In this document: positions 58,395 through 64,000 of the stretch, piece by piece
How positions within the stretch are numbered: position 1 is the first letter of the stretch
Layout: every line of letters starts with the position of its first letter
Assembly: GCA_965223905.1 (NCBI GenBank)
Contig: CBDCXV010000011.1
Location: 992,001-1,056,000 of the forward strand
Reading direction: 5' to 3'
Length of the DNA stretch: 64,000 bases
Origin: Candidatus Latescibacterota bacterium
GTDB lineage: Bacteria > Latescibacterota > UBA2968 > UBA8231
Translations under genes and position numbers: made by a program
Notes under the pieces: model-generated
Told to the model about the DNA's origin: nothing
The model's input: the letters and a program-made list of their open reading frames with translations, nothing else
The model's database searches: none

Positions 58395-58704
58395 GTTGAG
58401 CAAGTTCTTGAAGCTTTTTATGAAGCTTCGAGGAAGACCGTTGGCGTAACGAATTAACAAATGCTCGACTCTCTTCGAGCGACTGGTCGATCTCCTCCCG
58501 GTGATCGAAATAGTAAGCCAACGCGGCATATACATCCGCCAAGGTTATGTCGTAGTCGCTGGCAATTTCGTCGGCGGTTTTTCCCATGCGCTCGTGCCAG
58601 ATGACGATGTTCTCCACGGTGATTCTGTGACCGGCAATGCGAGGTCTTCCGCCTGATATACCGGGGGTGATCTCGATATGTTGATTCAAGGTTTCCGTTG
58701 TCAT
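58381..58704 (-). CDS. DUF433 domain antitoxin
   Basis: IEITPGISGGRPRIAGHRITV...ITLADVYAALAYY. Confidence 0.9.
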   Translation of the reverse strand: MTTETLNQHIEITPGISGGRPRIAGHRITVENIVIWHERMGKTADEIASDYDITLADVYAALAYYFDHREEIDQSLEESRAFVNSLRQRSSSKLHKKLQELAQHGED

Positions 58705-58733
58705 TTCAAATCTCCTCTTTGCTTGGGCCCAGG

Positions 58734-59057
58734 TTATTGATCTTTCAGAGCCGCCATAAAACCTGCTCCGCTAGTGCATGTTCCCCCCGTGCTCGAAGCG
58801 AGTGCCCCGTCGTGGATCATTATGGTCCAGCGAAGCCCCTGGAACGACGCCACGAGATCTTTGAACAACATGTCCAGGCGTTCCAGTTCTTCGAAGACCT
58901 CGGCTCCAAATGCGTCCGGCCCCCCATTTTTCTGCAATGACTCCCGGATCTCGCGCAGTCCTTCTCTTTCCTTGCGGAAGTACTCCTCGCTTTGCTCCAG
59001 CGCAGGAACGGCTATGTCGTCCGGGTCCATCTCAAGGCCCGCAGGAAGGAACCTCAT
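58734..59057 (-). CDS. Hypothetical acidic helical protein coupled to hsdR
   Basis: ATG overlaps the hsdR stop (ATGA); 107 aa. Confidence 0.55.
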   Translation of the reverse strand: MRFLPAGLEMDPDDIAVPALEQSEEYFRKEREGLREIRESLQKNGGPDAFGAEVFEELERLDMLFKDLVASFQGLRWTIMIHDGALASSTGGTCTSGAGFMAALKDQ

Positions 59058-62000
59058 CCCGCGGCCGCCTGCTCGTAGGCGAGGCCGAACACCGTATCGG
59101 CCATCCAGCGCTTGAAGCCCGGGTCGTCCATGAATTTCTTGAACAGCTGGGCGTCGTCCTTCATCACCGAATTCATGACCCGGATCAGCACCTTGTCCCC
59201 CTCGATACGGGTGTTCTCTCGATCCGAGTTCTGCCGGGCATTGCGGAAGGCGGTGTCCGCGGCCACCCGGGTGGGAATGGTCTCGGTGATGAGCTGTCCT
59301 ACCCGGTCGGCGTCGTCCCAGTCGGTGGCCCAGTGCTCGTTGAACGTCCTGAGGATGTTCGACAGCCGATCCAGCTCCGGCTCGGTGAGGCTGCCTCCGC
59401 CGGCAGCCGGCACCGGATCGACCTCGGCGTCCTCGTCCGCCAGCAGGATCTTCTGCATCGCCTGCTTCTCGACCCGGTAGCTGTCGAGGTCGATGGCGTC
59501 GAGGATGCCCTTCGACAGATCCTCTTCCTCGGGGGCCGGCAGCTTCGGGATCAGGAGGTTCAGGAAGATCGAGCGCTTCTCCCACCCGGGGTCGTTGTAG
59601 GGAAGCACGGACGACAGAAAGGCATAGGTGCGCGCGAATCCCTTGGCGTTCCCCTTGAACCGCACCTGTCCGTCCTCGTCCAGATCGCTCTTGTAGACGG
59701 CCACGCAGGCGTCGAGGATCGGGTCGAGCTGATCGCGCTCGGCCCCTCCCAGATAGCGCCGCACCAAATCGTCGACCTGCTCTTCGGAATAGACCTGGGC
59801 CCCGTCGAGGTCCGCCTGCAGGTCGTGCAGCTTGTCGGGGTCGGTCTCGTCGGCCAGGATGGTGGCGCGGTAGTAGTCGGCGAACGCCTCACTCATGGTG
59901 TCGGCGTCGTTGAAGAAATCGAGCACGAACACGTCGTGCTTCCTGGGATGAGCCCGGTTGAGGCGGGACAGGGTCTGCACCGCCTTGATGCCGGACAGGG
60001 TCTTGTCGACGTACATCGTGTGCAGCAGCGGTTCGTCGTACCCGGTCTGGAACTTGTCGGCGCAGACCAGGAAGCGGTAGGGATCCTCCTGGAACTGCGC
60101 GGCGATCTTTACCGAAGGGAAGCCGTTCAGCGACGCCTCGCTGACCTTTTCCCCGCCGAACTCGTGCTCACCGGAGAAGGCGACGAGAGCCTGGTAGCGG
60201 CTCTTGCGCTGCTGCAGGTAGTCGCGGATCGCGTGGTAGTACTGGATCGCCCGCTCGATGCCGTTGGTCACCACCATCGCCCGCGCCGCGCCGCCGATCT
60301 TGTTCTGCGCCAGCACCTGGTCGTGGAAGTGGTCGACCATGATCTCGGCCTTGAGCCCGATCGCGTGGCCGCTCCCCTCGACGAAGCGGCGCAGCTTCTT
60401 CTGCGCCTTCCTGACGTCGAACTCCGGGTCCTCCTCTACCGTCTTGGCGAGCTTGTAGTAGCTGTTCACCGGCATGTAGTGGGAGAGCACGTCGAGGATG
60501 AACCCCTCCTGGATCGCCTGCTTCATGGTGTAGCTGTGGAAGGCGTGGTGCCTGATTGTGCCGTCGGCCTGCGGGTCCGGGGCGCCGAAGATCTCCAGGG
60601 TCTTGTTCTTGGGGGTGGCGGTGAAGGCGAAGTAGCTGGCGTTGGGCAGCAGCTTGCGCGACTCCATCAGGCGGTTGATGCGGTCCTCGAAGGTCTCCCC
60701 CTCCTCCTCTTCCCCTGCCTCGGAGAGCGCCCGCGCCATGGCCGCGCTGGTTTGGCCGCCCTGGCTGGAGTGGGCCTCGTCGATGATGATGGCGAAGCTG
60801 CGCCGGCGCTGCTCGTTGCCGATCTCGTCGAGGATGAACGGGAACTTCTGGATCGTCGAGATGATGATCTTCTTGCCGCTCTCGATGAAGCGGCGCAGGT
60901 CGCCGGAGCGGTCGGCGTGCCCCATCGTCGCCGACACCTGCGAATACTGCCGGATCGTGTCGCTGATCTGCTTGTCGAGGATGAGGCGGTCGGTGACGAC
61001 GATGATGGAGTCGAAGGCCGGGGCGCCGTCCCGGGCCAGCCCGATCAGCTGGTGGGCCAGCCAGGCGATGGAGTTGCTCTTGCCGCTTCCGGCCGAGTGC
61101 TGGATCAGGTAACGACCGCCCGCGCCGTGGTCACCTGCGTCGGCCAGCAGGCGGCGCACCACGTCGAGCTGATGGTAGCGCGGCCAGACCTGGGTCCGCT
61201 TCCTCCTGCCCGTCTTCTCGTCCTTCGACTCCACCACCTGGGCGTAGTTCTCCAGGATGTCGGTCAGGCTCTCCCGGCTCAGCACCTCCCGCCACAGGTA
61301 GCCGGCCTTGATGCCGCTGGCGTTGGGCGGGTTGCCGGCGCCGTCGTTCCAGCCGCGGTTGAAGGGAAGGAACCAGGAGGCCTTGCCGCTGAGGTGGGTG
61401 CAGAACTGGACCTCGCTCTCGTCCACCGCGAAGTGGGCGACGCAGCGGCCCAGCTCGAACAGCTTCTCGCGCGGGTTGCGGTCGCGCTGATACTGCTGGA
61501 CGGCGTCGTCGACGGTCTGCTTGGTGAGGCTGTTCTTCAGCTCGAAGGTGAAGACCGGCAGGCCGTTGACGAACAGCCCGATGTCGAGCGCCCGCTGGGT
61601 CTCGTCGCGGCTGTAGCGCAGCTGGCGGGTGACCGTGAAGCGGTTCTGCCTGAAGCGCTCCTGCGCTTCCGGGTTGTCGGCCGAGGGGGTGCCGTAGAAC
61701 AGGTCGAGGTCGTGCGCCCCGTGCCGGATGCCGTGGCGCAGCACGTCGATGCTGCCGCGCTTGCTGATCTCACCCTGGAGCCGGGCCAGGAACCGCCGGC
61801 GCGTAGGGCCGGCCTCGGGCAAGGCGAGGGATTCTGCTGCTTCGGGCTGGGTGGCGCGCAGGAAGGCGGAGAGCTGGGCCAGGTCGACGCAGTACTCGCG
61901 GTCGTAGTCGTGGTAGTTGCCGCCGGCCCAACCGACTCCGCCGTAGCTGGCAGGGGGCTCGCCCGCGGTGGGACCCGGGGGCGGGTCGCAGGGATGGCCG

Positions 62001-62065
62001 GCCAGCGCGCTGCAGATGAGGCGTTCGAGGCCGCGTTCGGAGGTGTCGGTGGTCCTAACGGTCAT
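59054..62065 (-). CDS. hsdR: Type I restriction endonuclease subunit R
   Basis: LDIGLFVNGLPVFTFELKN, QHSAGSGKS, DEAH, FTATP, QTGYDEP, TLSRLNR; GGAGG RBS. Confidence 0.95.
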   Translation of the reverse strand: MTVRTTDTSERGLERLICSALAGHPCDPPPGPTAGEPPASYGGVGWAGGNYHDYDREYCVDLAQLSAFLRATQPEAAESLALPEAGPTRRRFLARLQGEISKRGSIDVLRHGIRHGAHDLDLFYGTPSADNPEAQERFRQNRFTVTRQLRYSRDETQRALDIGLFVNGLPVFTFELKNSLTKQTVDDAVQQYQRDRNPREKLFELGRCVAHFAVDESEVQFCTHLSGKASWFLPFNRGWNDGAGNPPNASGIKAGYLWREVLSRESLTDILENYAQVVESKDEKTGRRKRTQVWPRYHQLDVVRRLLADAGDHGAGGRYLIQHSAGSGKSNSIAWLAHQLIGLARDGAPAFDSIIVVTDRLILDKQISDTIRQYSQVSATMGHADRSGDLRRFIESGKKIIISTIQKFPFILDEIGNEQRRRSFAIIIDEAHSSQGGQTSAAMARALSEAGEEEEGETFEDRINRLMESRKLLPNASYFAFTATPKNKTLEIFGAPDPQADGTIRHHAFHSYTMKQAIQEGFILDVLSHYMPVNSYYKLAKTVEEDPEFDVRKAQKKLRRFVEGSGHAIGLKAEIMVDHFHDQVLAQNKIGGAARAMVVTNGIERAIQYYHAIRDYLQQRKSRYQALVAFSGEHEFGGEKVSEASLNGFPSVKIAAQFQEDPYRFLVCADKFQTGYDEPLLHTMYVDKTLSGIKAVQTLSRLNRAHPRKHDVFVLDFFNDADTMSEAFADYYRATILADETDPDKLHDLQADLDGAQVYSEEQVDDLVRRYLGGAERDQLDPILDACVAVYKSDLDEDGQVRFKGNAKGFARTYAFLSSVLPYNDPGWEKRSIFLNLLIPKLPAPEEEDLSKGILDAIDLDSYRVEKQAMQKILLADEDAEVDPVPAAGGGSLTEPELDRLSNILRTFNEHWATDWDDADRVGQLITETIPTRVAADTAFRNARQNSDRENTRIEGDKVLIRVMNSVMKDDAQLFKKFMDDPGFKRWMADTVFGLAYEQAAAG

Positions 62066-62156
62066 ACCTGCCTCCTCCGACCAGACCATTCAATCACGTG
62101 TAAGTCCGTCGTAGTCCTGCCGGTTGGACCAGTCCCTTTTAGAGTGCTGGGACTTT

Positions 62157-63245
62157 CTACATTGCAAAGCAGAAGTCGTGCTCCTGGAACTGTGACACCT
62201 TCGCGCCGTGAAACGAGTTCGCCTGCGTTTTGTCGACTTCGGAAGTGACCCCATCGTCGACAAGCTGTACCTCGCGGCCAAGACCTCCCGTCAAGGAACG
62301 CAGCAATCCCTCTCTCAACTCGGGTTTATTCAATCGGCGCCCTCCGATCCGAATGACCATCCTCGCCCGTCCTGCCAATAGAGGTCCCAGTCCCGCCATG
62401 GACGCCTGGATGAATGTCCAGTAATTGTCCTTGTTGCGGTGTCGATCGTCTCCCCGCCCACGCAGCACCAACGGCTCCCCGTCGAGAAACCACAGCCGCA
62501 GCCACTGATCCTCGCGGTAGTTGGTGGTGTCGAGGTACGGCGGCGAGGTAATCACGTCGGTAACTCGACCTGTAAGGTCCGGGAACTTGCAGGCGGCCAG
62601 ACGAGCGTCGGTCTGAATCACCTTCGCGGATCCCTCCGGGGGAGGGGTCCGGAATCGGTAATCGAGCATCCCTTCGAGGATCTCGAAGACATCTCGCGGC
62701 GGCGGGGTATATCCGAATTGCCTCCACCATCGAACCGAATAGTCAGGCTTCGTGCTGATAGTGCGCGGCATGCGGTTGCTGAAGTAATTGGGGGAGCGGT
62801 GGGACTCTCCATGCAGCGCACCGAGACACAACGCCGCGATGAACCGGTCGTCCCTGCGGTTGCGCCAATCCAGAATGGATCGCAGATAACGCACCTGCAG
62901 CAGTGTGTCCCGGTGGAAGCAAAGGTCGAAGAACTCTCCTAACCTGCCCTGCCACCCCAAGTCGTCCGGCTCGTGGCATCCCTGCCTCAACTCGTTGAGT
63001 CGCGTCCTGACTTTCGAGAATCCAGGCGGGTTGCTCTTGGCTCCCGAGACGCAGACCGCCACCGGGTTCAGATCGCAGCCGGCCGCTGCCCGGCCCTGGA
63101 GCAGCGCTTGAAAAACAGTCGTTCCCCGCCCGCAGTACGGATCGAAGACAATCCCGTTGTACCGACTCGCCGCAAGATGCTTCTCCACAAAGCACTCCGG
63201 GAACATCGCGAAGTAGGGACAGATCGAGTGGAACCGGTGTCTCAT
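62157..63245 (-). CDS. DNA methyltransferase, N4-cytosine/N6-adenine type (motif I before SPPY)
   Basis: CPYFAMFP, VFDPYCGRGTT...GCDLNP (SAM binding), VITSPPY (catalytic). Confidence 0.82.
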   Translation of the reverse strand: MRHRFHSICPYFAMFPECFVEKHLAASRYNGIVFDPYCGRGTTVFQALLQGRAAAGCDLNPVAVCVSGAKSNPPGFSKVRTRLNELRQGCHEPDDLGWQGRLGEFFDLCFHRDTLLQVRYLRSILDWRNRRDDRFIAALCLGALHGESHRSPNYFSNRMPRTISTKPDYSVRWWRQFGYTPPPRDVFEILEGMLDYRFRTPPPEGSAKVIQTDARLAACKFPDLTGRVTDVITSPPYLDTTNYREDQWLRLWFLDGEPLVLRGRGDDRHRNKDNYWTFIQASMAGLGPLLAGRARMVIRIGGRRLNKPELREGLLRSLTGGLGREVQLVDDGVTSEVDKTQANSFHGAKVSQFQEHDFCFAM

Positions 63246-64000
63246 GCCGCTGCACTCGCCCGGTTGCGGTAGTCCGTGACCCAGCAGGCGGCCTCCACCA
63301 GCCGGTCGTACCCTTCGATGTTCACGCCGGTCACCACGAGCCGATCAGCCTCCTCGACACGACGGGGCACCCGCAGCCGGTGCAGCACGTTCCCCATCAC
63401 GCGAACATCGTCGATGAACTGATCGTCGGCCCTCGCGAATGGTACGATCATATAGATCATGAAGTCGGTCACCGGCTGGGTCCTGAACCATCGGCTCTTG
63501 AACGCATCCATATGCCCCTTGAGAGACTTCGACCAAGCGTTTTGGCCGGTTGCGACCTGCGCTGCGGCGAGAGGGAACCCCGGCAGCCCATCGGGTTGCG
63601 GACGGGCAGCGAAAACATCGATCTGATCGTCTTTTGGCTGCCGCGGGGCTCCGGTCTGCGGCTCCACCCCGCCGTCGCGGAGGATTTCCCAGATCTGTTC
63701 CAGCTTGTTGAGGAACCCCGACCCGCCGGGTCGGGGAAAGCCGAAAGACCATGCTTCCCCCTGAACCTCTGCGGCCAAAGCCGCCGTCGCGAAATATTGA
63801 AAGTACTCCCGCAATTTCCCCACCTCTGCACAATCGGGATGAAGACCCGAACCATCGAGCATCGGCGTGAAGGCCCGCAGGTTCGAAAGGACAAGGCTCA
63901 GGATGTACGCTGCCTGCCCGAACGATTCATCGTCCATCTCGTACCACAACAGGTTTCCGTCAGAATCAAGCCTGAAGGGATAAGCCGAGTCCAACGCGTC
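63242..64000 (-). CDS. Hypothetical protein, PD-(D/E)xK restriction-endonuclease-like (5' end outside the window)
   Basis: Frame is open to the window edge; KDDQIDVFA...AQVATG..W.K; ATGA coupling to the methylase. Confidence 0.5.
   Translation of the reverse strand, partial: DALDSAYPFRLDSDGNLLWYEMDDESFGQAAYILSLVLSNLRAFTPMLDGSGLHPDCAEVGKLREYFQYFATAALAAEVQGEAWSFGFPRPGGSGFLNKLEQIWEILRDGGVEPQTGAPRQPKDDQIDVFAARPQPDGLPGFPLAAAQVATGQNAWSKSLKGHMDAFKSRWFRTQPVTDFMIYMIVPFARADDQFIDDVRVMGNVLHRLRVPRRVEEADRLVVTGVNIEGYDRLVEAACWVTDYRNRASAAA

Noticed and set aside
58910-62248. Very long antisense or alternative-frame ORFs (e.g. 58910-62248, 25735-28122, 10030-12348, 10230-12635, 7765-9972, 37031-39124)
   Set aside because: Shadow ORFs of high-GC genes with no motifs, overlapping well-supported CDSs.
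1-64000. CRISPR array, rRNA, tRNA or integron attC array
   Set aside because: No regularly spaced repeat-spacer series or recognisable RNA gene was seen; periodic repeats lie within coding propeller genes. A weak ncRNA could be missed by eye.

Overview
GC-rich bacterial window. A C-terminal FlgD/T9SS-like 'PNPFN' domain, YWTD, FG-GAP and ankyrin proteins and many catabolic orphan enzymes suggest an FCB-group bacterium such as Latescibacterota, possibly host-associated (inference). From start to end it holds: an ABC-ATPase + DUF4276 pair; a ThDP enzyme; a second type II fatty-acid-like cluster (enoyl reductase-like SDR, FabH, FabA, FabZ, FabF, ACP, PlsC-like acyltransferase, PPTase); enolase-family, PhyH, CinA, VOC, dxs and macrodomain genes; an ankyrin-containing AT3 acyltransferase; a GT-C-like membrane gene split by a complete IS1380; a Kef-type antiporter; a long minus-strand catabolic region interrupted by DinJ/YafQ and AbiE toxin-antitoxin modules; a BrnT-like TA; an amidase; and a right-end defence island. 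That island encodes a restriction-endonuclease-like protein, an N4C-type methylase, HsdR, DUF433/DUF5615, a Rad50/SMC-like zinc-hook ATPase with a HEPN-like C-terminus, and a stand-alone HEPN-like protein. The ATPase + HEPN-like pair is the best candidate for an undescribed system. Three diverged duplications of gene ends also mark insertion events that have no integrase nearby. No rRNA, tRNA or CRISPR array was seen. All family calls come from motif recognition by eye, not database searches.
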